This document shows positions 12,190 to 24,097 of a stretch of DNA of 64,000 nucleotides, one piece after another. The notes beneath the pieces were generated by a model. That model did no database searches. It worked only from the letters and a program-made list of their open reading frames with translations, and was not told where the DNA came from. The position numbers and the translations under genes are program-made. This DNA comes from Nemertoderma westbladi (taxonomy: Eukaryota > Animalia > Xenacoelomorpha). The stretch lies in NCBI GenBank assembly GCA_032718475.1, contig JAUCBJ010007042.1:1-64000 (forward strand), given 5' to 3'. Every line of letters starts with the position of its first letter. The stretch's first letter is position 1.

Positions 12190-12860
12190 TCCGGGAGAGG
12201 CCGCTGGATTACCGTAGTCTGTCCGCGGACCATCCCACCGGTGTTCCTCAGGTGTGACATCGTAGCCCGAAACTATTGGGACTTATATTTGTTCTCCTAT
12301 TCAACCTTTCGGTTGCTTCGTGAATTTAAAGTTGTTAAGTTGTTCGATAATTAATTTCCCTAATATCCACTTTTGGGGCTTTGGGAGGCATTTTGCGCAG
12401 GTAAACGTGGCAAACGGTTTTTGTCACGGCCAAGTTACGTATTTCACGTTGTTTTCATTCATCAATCTATCCGAATTCAGTTTAAATAATGTTGTATCAC
12501 TATGGCCATCTCCATCAATTAAATAAATGTCACGGGGTTATGCTGTCTTTGTTATCAAAATCATGACAGCGGGAGAGATCATGATAAACGGGTAAAACCG
12601 ATCAATCGTTAAAAAAGCAACCATCAACCAATTGTTAAAAACATTTAGTCGTTTTGGTTATTAGCAAAATGTTTAATTTAAGTTGTATTTAATATGTCGC
12701 TAATTTTAGTTTATGTGTCTTCTATCTTCCTTTACACTAATTCTTGTACTTTTATCGTACAAATACTTTCACTTTAAGTGCATTATTTTATGATCTTTAA
12801 CTTAATTTTGCGACATATTAATTGCGATGAAATAGTCTAGATATAAATTAGATTTTCAAC

Positions 12861-14649
12861 AGGGTTTATGAGCACTTGGTTTCTAACGATATGTTTTAGG
12901 GTGTATGAGCACTTGGTTTATTTAGTCAGGGTGTATGAGCACTTGGTTTCTAACGATATGTTTTAGGGTGTATGAGCACTTGGTTTATTTAGTCAGGGTG
13001 TATGAGCACTTGGTTTCTAACGATATGTTTTATGGTGTATGATCACTTGGTTTATTTAGTCAGGGTGTATGAGCACTTGGTTTCTAACGATATGTTTTAG
13101 GGTGTATGAGCACTTGGTTTCTAACGATATGTTTTAGGGTGTATGAGCACTTGGTTTCTAACGATATGTTTTAGGGTGTATGAGCACTTGGTTTCTAACG
13201 ATATGTTTTAGGGTGTATGAGCACTTGGTTTCTAACGATATGTTTTAGGGTGTATGAGCACTTGGTTTATTTAGTCAGGGTGTATGAGCACTTGGTTTCT
13301 AACGATATGTTTTAGGGTGTATGAGCACTTGGTTTCTAACGATATGTTTTAGGGTGTATGAGCACTTGGTTTCTAACGATATGTTTTAGGGTGTATGAGC
13401 ACTTGGTTTATTTAGTCAGGGTGTATGAGCACTTGGTTTCTAACGATATGTTTTATGGTGTATGAGCACTTGGTTTATTTAGTCAGGGTGTATGAGCACT
13501 TGGTTTCTAACGATATGTTTTAGGGTGTATGATCACTTGGTTTCTAACGATATGTTTTAGGGTGTATGAGCACTTGGTTTCTAACGATATGTTTTAGGGT
13601 GTATGAGCACTTGGTTTCTAACGATATGTTTTAGGGTGTATGAGCACTTGGTTTCTAACGATATGTTTTAGGGTGTATGAGCACTTGGTTTCTAACGATA
13701 TGTTTTAGGGTGTATGAGCACTTGGTTTATTTAGTCAGGGTGTATGAGCACTTGGTTTCTAACGATATGTTTTAGGGTGTATGAGCACTTGGTTTCTAAC
13801 GATATGTTTTATGGTGTATGATCACTTGGTTTATTTAGTCAGGGTGTATGAGCACTTGGTTTCTAACGATATGTTTTAGGGTGTATGAGCACTTGGTTTC
13901 TAACGATATGTTTTAGGGTGTATGAGCACTTGGTTTCTAACGATATGTTTTAGGGTGTATGAGCACTTGGTTTCTAACGATATGTTTTAGGGTGTATGAG
14001 CACTTGGTTTCTAACGATATGTTTTAGGGTGTATGAGCACTTGGTTTATTTAGTCAGGGTGTATGAGCACTTGGTTTCTAACGATATGTTTTAGGGTGTA
14101 TGAGCACTTGGTTTCTAACGATATGTTTTAGGGTGTATGAGCACTTGGTTTCTAACGATATGTTTTAGGGTGTATGAGCACTTGGTTTCTAACGATATGT
14201 TTTAGGGTGTATGAGCACTTGGTTTATTTAGTCAGGGTGTATGAGCACTTGGTTTCTAACGATATGTTTTAGGGTGTATGAGCACTTGGTTTATTTAGTC
14301 AGGGTGTATGAGCACTTGGTTTCTAACGATATGTTTTATGGTGTATGAGCACTTGGTTTATTTAGTCAGGGTGTATGAGCACTTGGTTTCTAACGATATG
14401 TTTTAGGGTGTATGAGCACTTGGTTTCTAACGATATGTTTTAGGGTGTATGAGCACTTGGTTTCTAACGATATGTTTTAGGGTGTATGAGCACTTGGTTT
14501 CTAACGATATGTTTTAGGGTGTATGAGCACTTGGTTTATTTAGTCAGGGTGTATGAGCACTTGGTTTCTAACGATATGTTTTAGGGTGTATGAGCACTTG
14601 GTTTATTTAGTCAGGGTGTATGAGCACTTGGTTTCTAACGATATGTTTT
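12861..14649. repeat. Compound tandem array of interspersed 37-bp and 30-bp units
   Basis: agggtgtatgagcacttggtttctaacgatatgtttt (37) and agggtgtatgagcacttggtttatttagtc (30) share a 22-bp head. Confidence 0.95.
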
Positions 14650-15631
14650 CAATTCAGCTTCTTTCCATATTTGTTTAGATTCTTTCAGCTATATGACGTC
14701 ACCATCTATACTACTGTATATCTAACCTGGTTTATTTACTAGTAATATTATTTATGCTGCCGATTTATTAGGTCTATCTATGTACATGCATGTGCATAGC
14801 AACATACATGGGCAACATGTATTAATTAATTGTATTAAACTGACTAACAAACTGGCTTCCTACTTTTATTCTAACACATTAAACTATTAAAATTAATTTA
14901 AAGAAAAAAACATAAAAACAAATAAATAAATATAAATTAAATAATGAGTTCACCGTCACGGGTGTCGATTACGAGTTTTTCTCAAATACTAATTTCTCTA
15001 AGTAACGGATCGAGATTTTCTAGCAGACGTAAATTTTGCGTTTCGAAAAATATTCAGAATTTTTTAATTTTTCCTATACTAGAATTTTCACTTACACAGT
15101 TTTTTCACCGTTATAATGTGTGACTTTGATTTTTAATAATAAAGTTGTGAATTAAATATATATATATAATTATTATTATTATATATATTTATTATTATAT
15201 ATAATTAAATATATATAAAATAATTTTGTGAATTTCATATAATTATTCTTAACGTAAATATATTTACAGAAATGCAATGTTTATTATTGATATTTCCTTT
15301 ACCTTGCCTTATATCTTAGCCTTAATAAATGCCGGGTGCTAACTTATAAAACTATAGGGTACACAGTAAATATTAATATGAGGTGTGTGGTACCGTGAGG
15401 AGGGATGCTTCTGGGGTACCATAATATTATAACCATTGTTTTGTATCATAATCTTTAGTCCATTCTTGTATTTATATAGTCTAAAAGTCTTCCCCATATA
15501 TTTCGGGTAGAGAAAAAAAACGAAATTTTGGAAATTGAAAGACATTTAAGAAAAGATTTCTCTGGTACAATATTAAGTCGTATATCAACAATATCAGATA
15601 TCAAACATTAGTAAGATGTTTGAGATGCTGA

Positions 15632-18600
15632 TTTTTTGCGAACTTACATTGCACCAAGACATCTCTTCGTCGTGTGGAGCTGTTTTTTTGCGAACTTACA
15701 TTGCACCAAGACATCTCTTCGTCGTGTGGAGCTTTTTTTGCGAACTTACATTGCACCAAGACATCTCTTCGTCGTGTGCAGCTTTTTTTGCGAACTTACA
15801 TTGCACCAAGACATCTCTTCGTCGTGTGGAGCTTTTTTTGCGAACTTACATTGCACCAAGACATCTCTTCGTCGTGTGGAGCTGTTTTTTTGCGAACTTA
15901 CATTGCACCAAGACATCTCTTCGTCGTGTGGAGCTTTTTTTGCGAACTTACATTGCACCAAGACATCTCTTCGTCGTGTGGAGCTGTTTTTTGCGAACTT
16001 ACATTGCACCAATCTTCGTCGTGTGGAGCTGTTTTGCGAACTTACATTGCACCAAGACATCTCTTCGTCGTGTGGAGCTTTTTTTGCGAACTTACATTGC
16101 ACCAAGACATCTCTTCGTCGTGTGGAGCTTTTTTTGCGAACTTACATTGCACCAAGACATCTCTTCGTCGTGTGGAGCTTTTTTTGCGAACTTACATTGC
16201 ACCAAGACATCTCTTCGTCGTGTGGAGCTTTTTTTGCGAACTTACATTGCACCAAGACATCTCTTCGTCGTGTGGAGCTTTTTTTGCGAACTTACATTGC
16301 ACCAAGACATCTCTTCGTCGTGTGGAGCTTTTTTTGCGAACTTACATTGCACCAAGACATCTCTTCGTCGTATGGAGCTTTTTTTGCGAACTTACATTGC
16401 ACCAAGACATCTCTTCGTCGTGTGGAGCTTTTTTTGCGAACTTACATTGCACCAAGACATCTCTTCGTCGTGTGGAGCTGTTTTTTGCGAACTTACATTG
16501 CACCAAGACATCTCTTCGTCGTGTGGAGCTTTTTTTTTGCGAACTTACATTGCACCAAGACATCTCTTCGTCGTGTGGAGCTTTTTTTGCGAACTTACAT
16601 TGCACCAAGACATCTCTTCGTCGTGTGGAGCTTTTTTTGCGAACTTACATTGCACCAAGACATCTCTTCGTCGTGTGGAGCTGTTTTTTTGCGAACTTAC
16701 ATTGCACCAAGACATCTCTTCGTCGTGTGGAGCTTTTTTTGCGAACTTACATTGCACCAAGACATCTCTTCGTCGTGTGGAGCTGTTTTTTTGCGAACTT
16801 ACATTGCACCAATCTTCGTCGTGTGGAGCTGTTTTGCGAACTTACATTGCACCAAGACATCTCTTCGTCGTGTGGAGCTTTTTTTGCGAACTTACATTGC
16901 ACCAAGACATCTCTTCGTCGTGTGGAGCTTTTTTTGCGAACTTACATTGCACCAAGACATCTCTTCGTCGTGTGGAGCTTTTTTTGCGAACTTACATTGC
17001 ACCAAGACATCTCTTCGTCGTGTGGAGCTGTTTTTTGCGAACTTACATTGCACCAAGACATCTCTTCGTCGTGTGGAGCTTTTTTTGCGAACTTACATTG
17101 CACCAAGACATCTCTTCGTCGTGTGGAGCTTTTTTTTGCGAACTTACATTGCACCAAGACATCTCTTCGTCGTGTGGAGCTGTTTTGCGAACTTACATTG
17201 CACCAAGACATCTCTTCGTCGTGTGGAGCTGTTTTTTTGCGAACTTACATTGCACCAAGACATCTCTTCGTCGTATGGAGCTTTTTTTGCGAACTTACAT
17301 TGCACCAAGACATCTCTTCGTCGTGTGGAGCTGTTTTTTTGCGAACTTACATTGCACCAATCTTCGTCGTGTGGAGCTGTTTTGCGAACTTACATTGCAC
17401 CAAGACATCTCTTCGTCGTGTGGAGCTTTTTTTGCGAACTTACATTGCACCAAGACATCTCTTCGTCGTGTGCAGCTTTTTTTGCGAACTTACATTGCAC
17501 CAAGACATCTCTTCGTCGTGTGCAGCTTTTTTTTGCGAACTTACATTGCACCAAGACATCTCTTCGTCGTGTGGAGCTGTTTTTTGCGAACTTACATTGC
17601 ACCAAGACATCTCTTCGTCGTGTGGAGCTGTTTTGCGAACTTACATTGCACCAAGACATCTCTTCGTCGTGTGGAGCTGTTTTGCGAACTTACATTGCAC
17701 CAAGACATCTCTTCGTCGTGTGGAGCTTTTTTTGCGAACTTACATTGCACCAAGACATCTCTTCGTCGTGTGCAGCTTTTTTTTTGCGAACTTACATTGC
17801 ACCAAGACATCTCTTCGTCGTGTGGAGCTTTTTTTGCGAACTTACATTGCACCAAGACATCTCTTCGTCGTGTGGAGCTGTTTTGCGAACTTACATTGCA
17901 CCAAGACATCTCTTCGTCGTGTGGAGCTTTTTTGCGAACTTACATTGCACCAAGACATCTCTTCGTCGTGTGCAGCTTTTTTTGCGAACTTACATTGCAC
18001 CAAGACATCTCTTCGTCGTGTGCAGCTTTTTTTGCGAACTTACATTGCACCAAGACATCTCTTCGTCGTGTGGAGCTGTTTTGCGAACTTACATTGCACC
18101 AAGACATCTCTTCGTCGTGTGGAGCTTTTTTTGCGAACTTACATTGCACCAAGACATCTCTTCGTCGTGTGGAGCTTTTTTTGCGAACTTACATTGCACC
18201 AAGACATCTCTTCGTCGTGTGGAGCTGTTTTTTTGCGAACTTACATTGCACCAAGACATCTCTTCGTCGTGTGGAGCTGTTTTTTGCGAACTTACATTGC
18301 ACCAAGACATCTCTTCGTCGTATGGAGCTTTTTTTGCGAACTTACATTGCACCAAGACATCTCTTCGTCGTGTGCAGCTTTTTTTTGCGAACTTACATTG
18401 CACCAAGACATCTCTTCGTCGTGTGGAGCTGTTTTGCGAACTTACATTGCACCAAGACATCTCTTCGTCGTGTGGAGCTTTTTTTGCGAACTTACATTGC
18501 ACCAAGACATCTCTTCGTCGTGTGGAGCTTTTTTTGCGAACTTACATTGCACCAAGACATCTCTTCGTCGTGTGCAGCTTTTTTTTGCGAACTTACATTG

Positions 18601-19060
18601 CACCAAGACATCTCTTCGTCGTGTGGAGCTGTTTTGCGAACTTACATTGCACCAAGACATCTCTTCGTCGTGTGGAGCTTTTTTTGCGAACTTACATTGC
18701 ACCAAGACATCTCTTCGTCGTGTGGAGCTTTTTTGCGAACTTACATTGCACCAAGACATCTCTTCGTCGTGTGGAGCTGTTTTGCGAACTTACATTGCAC
18801 CAAGACATCTCTTCGTCGTGTGCAGCTGTTTTTTGCGAACTTACATTGCACCAAGACATCTCTTCGTCGTGTGGAGCTGTTTTGCGAACTTACATTGCAC
18901 CAAGACATCTCTTCGTCGTGTGGAGCTTTTTTTTTGCGAACTTACATTGCACCAAGACATCTCTTCGTCGTGTGCAGCTTTTTTTGCGAACTTACATTGC
19001 ACCAAGACATCTCTTCGTCGTGTGGAGCTTTTTTTGCGAACTTACATTGCACCAAGACAT
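15632..19060. repeat. ~50-bp tandem array (~69 copies) with variable T tract
   Basis: Unit (t)nGCGAACTTACATTGCACCAAGACATCTCTTCGTCGTGTGGAGC, with recurring deletion and tgcagc variants. No stop codon in any + frame. Confidence 0.96.
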
Positions 19061-19679
19061 CTTTTCTCGATGGTTTTGGTTTCCAAACTTTATATGTTTT
19101 GCTCCAACCGATTTTATATAATTTTTAATTAATAAATAATTCAATCATCCTTTTGGTGCCCTTTATTTATCTTCCTCATATTACAATCATTTAGTCCACT
19201 TGTATATTTGAATACTAATTAATTATTTAGTTTGTATTTTTTAGGTCTTTATACTTACTCTGTATAATATCTTTCTGATAATTATATATATTATTGCTAA
19301 TAATAAATTGTAAACAGCTAAATTACTCTGATGAGGTTATAAACTTTTAATTAATTAAGTAACTTAATTGTTATTATTGATTTCTCCACCATAATCAATA
19401 TTATTAAATTAAATGATTTATTAACCCGCAAATTCTTCAATTGAAATTCTTCAGGTAACCTGTGGTCTATGGTGGCCCATCGAGCAAAAAAACAGGCAAA
19501 TACCACCACCATAGTGGTGGTATTTGTAAAAGATTTTTCGCGCCTCCTTTGGCAACAATACAAAGGCCCATGTGAACTTTCCCAGAGTGCCCAGGAAAGT
19601 CGAAATAAAATGGGTCAACATTTGTTTAAAGGGGTGGGTAGGTGGGTGGGTGGCTTGGTCGGTCGGACGGTTGGTCGGT

Positions 19680-20100
19680 CGGTCGGTGGGAAGGTGGGAA
19701 GATGGGGATATGGGAAGGTGGGAATGTAGGAAGATGGGAATGTGGGAAGATGGGACTGTGGGAATATGGGAATGTGGAAAGGTGGGAATGTGGGAAGGTG
19801 GGTGGGAATGTAGGAAGATGGGAATGTGGGAAGGTGGATGGGAATGTGGGAATGCGGGAAGTTGGGTGGGAATGTAGGAAGATGGTTATGTGGGAAGTTG
19901 GGTGGGAATGTAGGAAGATGGGAATGTAGGAAGATGGGAAGATGGGAATGTGGGAAGATGGGAATGTGGGAAGATGGGTGGGAATGTGGGTGGGAATGTA
20001 GGAAGATGGGAATGTGGGAATATGAATGGGAATGTAGGAAGACGGAATGTAGGAAGATGGGAATGTAGCGAGATCGGAATGTGGGAAGATGGGAATGGCG
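19680..20100 (+). repeat. G-rich low-complexity arm (gggaatgt/gggaagat)n
   Basis: Degenerate 8-bp units; reverse complement of 21300-22450. Confidence 0.9.
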
Positions 20101-20109
20101 TTATTTTTA

Positions 20110-21295
20110 CCTAACCAAAACAGGGAAAGGAGCAGGTTACAAAGGCGGGCTTTTCTAACCAAAACAATAAACGATATTGCTACCAATTGAGGGAGAGGAG
20201 ATGGTTAAAGAGGCGGGCTTTTCTAACCAAAACAATAAACGATATTGTTACCAATTGAGGGAAAGGTGCAGGTTACAGGGACGCTCTTTCTAACCAAAAC
20301 AATAAACGATGTTGTTACCAACTGAGGGAAAGGAGCACGTTACAGAGACGGGCTTTTCTAACCAAAACAATAAACGATATTGTTACCAATTGAGGGAAAG
20401 GAGCAGGTTACAGAGGCGGGCTTTTCTAACCAAAACAATAAACGAAATTGTTACCAATTGAGGTTAAGGTGCAGGTTACAGGGACGCTCTTTCTAACCAA
20501 AACAATAAACGATGTTGTTACCAATTGAGGGAAAGGAGCATGTTACAGGGATGCTCTTTCTAACCAAAACAATAAACGATGTTGTTACCAACTGAGGGAA
20601 AGGAGCACGTTACAGAGACGGGCTTTTCTAACCAATACAATAAACGATATTGTTACCAATTGAGGGAAAGGAGCAGGTTACAGAGGCGGGCTTTTCTAAC
20701 CAAAACAATAAACGAAATTGTTACCAATTGAGGGAAAGGTGCAGGTTACAGGGACGCTCTTTCTAACCAAAACAATAAACGATATTGTTACCAATTGAAG
20801 CAAAGGTGCAGGTTACAGCAGCGGGCATTTCTAACCAAAACAATAAACGTTGTTGTGTTGTTATCTACCAATTTAAGGAAAGGAGTAGGTTACAGCAGCG
20901 GGCATTTCTAACCAAAATAATAAACGTTGTTGTGTTGTTATCTACCAATTTAAGGAAAGGAGTAGGTTACAGAGGCGGCTTTTCTAAACGAAACAATAAA
21001 CTATGTTGTTACCATTTGAAGGAGAGGAGTAGTTTACAGAGGCGGCTTTTCAGAAAAAAACAATAAACTTTGTTTTTACCTACCAATTGAGAGAAAGGAG
21101 CAGGTCACAGCAGCGGGTATTTCTAACCAAAACAATAAACGTTGTTGTGTTGTTATCTACCAATTTAAGGAAAGGAGTAGGTTACAGAGGCGGGCTTTTC
21201 TAAACAAAACAATAAACGTTGTTTTTACCTACCAATTGAGGGAAAGGATCAGGTTACAGCAACTGGCTTTTCTATCCAAACAATATACATTGTTA
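20110..21295. repeat. ~67-68-bp diverged tandem array (~17 copies)
   Basis: ttctaaccaaaacaataaacgatattgttaccaattgagggaaaggagcaggttacagaggcgggctt, with aacaata/tattgtt hairpin. Confidence 0.9.
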
Positions 21296-21299
21296 TTCA

Positions 21300-22450
21300 C
21301 ATCTTCACACATTCCCATCAATCTTCCCACCTTCCTACAATCCCATGAACCTTCCCATCTTCCCACCCAGCCACCATCCCACATTCCCATCCACCTCCCC
21401 ACATTCCCATCATCCTACATTCCCATCCACCTTCCCACATTCCCATCCACCTTCCCATTTTCCTACATTCCCATCAATCTTCCCACCTTCCTACAATCCC
21501 ATGAACCTTCCCATCTTCCCACCCAGCCACCATCTCACATTCCCATCCACCTTCCCACATTCCCATCTTCCCACATTCCCTCCCACATTTCCACATTCCC
21601 ATCTTCCCACATTCCCATCCACCTTCCCAAATTGTCATCTTCTCACATTTCCATCTTCCTACATTCTCACCCACCTCCCCATCTTCCTACATTCCCATCC
21701 ACTTTCCCACATTCCCATTTTCCTACATTCCCATCCACCTTCCCACATTCCCATCTTCCCACATTCCCTCCCATATTTCCACATTCCCATCTTCCCACAT
21801 TCCCATCCACCTTCCCAAATTGTCATCTTCTCACATTTCCATCTTCCTACATTCTCACCCACCTCCCCATCTTCCTACATTCCCATCCACCTTCCCATCT
21901 TCCTACATTCCCATCCACCTTCCCACATTCTGATCTCCCCACATTCCCATCCACCTTCCGAAATTCCCATCCACCTTCCCACATTCCCATCTTCCTACAT
22001 TCCCATCCACCTTCCCACATTCCCGCATTCCTCATTCCCACCCACCTTCCCACATTCCCATCCACCTTCCCACATTCCCATCTTCCTACATTCCAATCCG
22101 CCTTTCTATCTTCCCACATTCCCATCCACCTCCCCATATTTCCACATTCCCATCCACCTTCCCACATTCTCATCTTCCTACATTCCCATCTACCTTCCCA
22201 CATCCCCATCTTCCCACATTCCTATCTTCCCACATTCCCATCTTCCCACATTCCCGTATCCCTCATTCCCACCCACCTTCCCATCTACCTTCCCACATTC
22301 CCCTCTTCCTACATTTCCACCTTCCTACATTCCCATCTTCCCATCCACCTTCCTACATTCCCATCTTCACACATTCCCATCTTCCCACCCACCCATCTTC
22401 CCACCCACCTTCCCTTCCCTCCCATCCACCTTCTCACTCAACGTCCGACC
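21300..22450 (-). repeat. C-rich low-complexity arm (atcttccc/acattccc)n
   Basis: Inverted relative to 19680-20100. Ends in caacgtccgaccgac, the mirror of gtcggtcggacggttg near 19660. Confidence 0.9.
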
Positions 22451-23807
22451 GACTGATCGGCCCATGTGAAGAATACCAGACTTTCTACCGTTATATTTCA
22501 CTTTGCAGTTACCCCCATGTGAAGAATACCAGACTGAATTTAACCAAAACAATAAACGAATTAGTATATGTACAGGTTATAAGACAGAAATAAGCGTTAT
22601 AAAACACTTAATAAAGATAAATAAAAAATCTTCATATATAAAATTCCAATAAAAAGTCGACCGAAAAGTGAAATCCTGGTATTATTCACATGGGCGGACT
22701 GATCAACAGACCATCCCCCCTCAAAAAAAGAGGACTTCGCGCAGCACGTGAATACCAAAACACCCCCCATGTGAAGTTTCCCAGACTGTTTGGGAAGATG
22801 GTCGAAAATACGAAAGTTGCCTAATGATAGTGAATGGGCCAAATTCCTTTTCGATGTGTTTTTTTTTTCGCTGGGAATGGGAATCCTGGGAAACTTCACA
22901 TGGGCGAATACAAAAATACGCTCCCTCAAGAATCTAATTTAGAAATCAAATAACCACAACATAATTATTCCCTTCCCCTTCCCTAACCGCAATACCCCAT
23001 TGCGATCTACAACCAATATCACGGCTTCCCCAATCCGGTCACCTTTCCATTCACCTACAAACTGCAATATTACCAGCTTCCCTGCAAGCTACCACTGTCC
23101 AATAAGGGAGCGTCCTATGCAAATACCTCCCTTCCCTCTCATTGGAGCTTCCTGTACAAACATATCCCTTCCTTCTCATTGTATTACCGTCAACGTTTAT
23201 TGATCTCAGTCTGTAACAAGCCAATATCAATTATGTTTTACATTTGTTTAACGTACTTATTGCACAAGAAAGACATTCTGAATAGGTGATAATATAATTA
23301 GTTGTCAACTTCACATGGACACAGAAGATATCGTGTTTAAAAGGGCCACATTTGGATGGATAATAAGGTGGTTCAAAAAATTTTTTTTATATTTTTCCTG
23401 CTCCATAACTATTAATGGATGAGGCTTGACATAAAAAAAAATCATATTAATTTTTTTTTAATTCGATAACTTTTAGACCCTTCTCTCACCTGAAATGTAA
23501 ACAGGGGTTCGTGGAATAAGGCAGCTATTCTAGGCTCTGCTTCTCGGTATCGGACCTACACTGCGCCATTACTTTGATCCCAGAAGTCATCCCAGACCAC
23601 TTGATGGTGAGTAACCAGGATTCTGCGCAGAGTTCATGGGGAAAAATAGGCCTACAATCGTTATGCCAAATTAACAAACGAGGAGTTGTACAATCTCGGT
23701 AACAACGGAGAATTACCCAAGTCAGTACCAACCTGCAGGTACACCTCATGGATGAGATTTTTGCCACTCACTGATTGATAATCATACAAGTAGTAGAGGT
23801 TTGCACG

Positions 23808-24097
23808 GCTCGGTGACACTTGGACCTCACTGACACCCATTGGGTGTCATATGACACCCATTGGGTGTCATATGACACCCAATTGTCACCCTATGGGTGT
23901 CATTGGCGCAAGACTGTCTGGGTGAACCTCCCAATTAGGCTAATTAAACCCTAATTGACAGGTGTTATCAATTAATTAGTACAATTAAACCCTAATAGGT
24001 GTCTTATGACTCCTAGCTAGGGTTTAATTGATTATCCTAATTAATCCGACTGATTAGCGCCCTGAAAGGCAAAGGGTGTCATAAGTGACACCTCAGC
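23808..24097. mobile_element. Possible palindrome-rich MITE
   Basis: Imperfect TIRs (gctcggtgacactt / aagtgacacctcagc). Tandem palindromes tgacaccca-t-tgggtgtca; aattaaacccta in both orientations. Confidence 0.4.

Larger units (their letters stand above)
19565..22906. mobile_element. 3.3 kb non-autonomous foldback-type DNA transposon
   Basis: TIRs ggcccatgtgaactttcccag / ctgggaaacttcacatgggcg. 8-bp direct repeat aatacaaa on both flanks (19557-19564, 22907-22914). Inverted low-complexity arms enclose an internal tandem array. No transposase. Confidence 0.75.

Noticed and set aside
15616-19132. Three overlapping ORFs of 1150-1170 aa
   Set aside because: By-product of a 50-bp unit without stops. 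T-tract indels swap frames freely, so there is no sign of coding constraint.
19572-22469. H/P/S-rich and G/W-rich ORFs
   Set aside because: Translations of low-complexity inverted arms.
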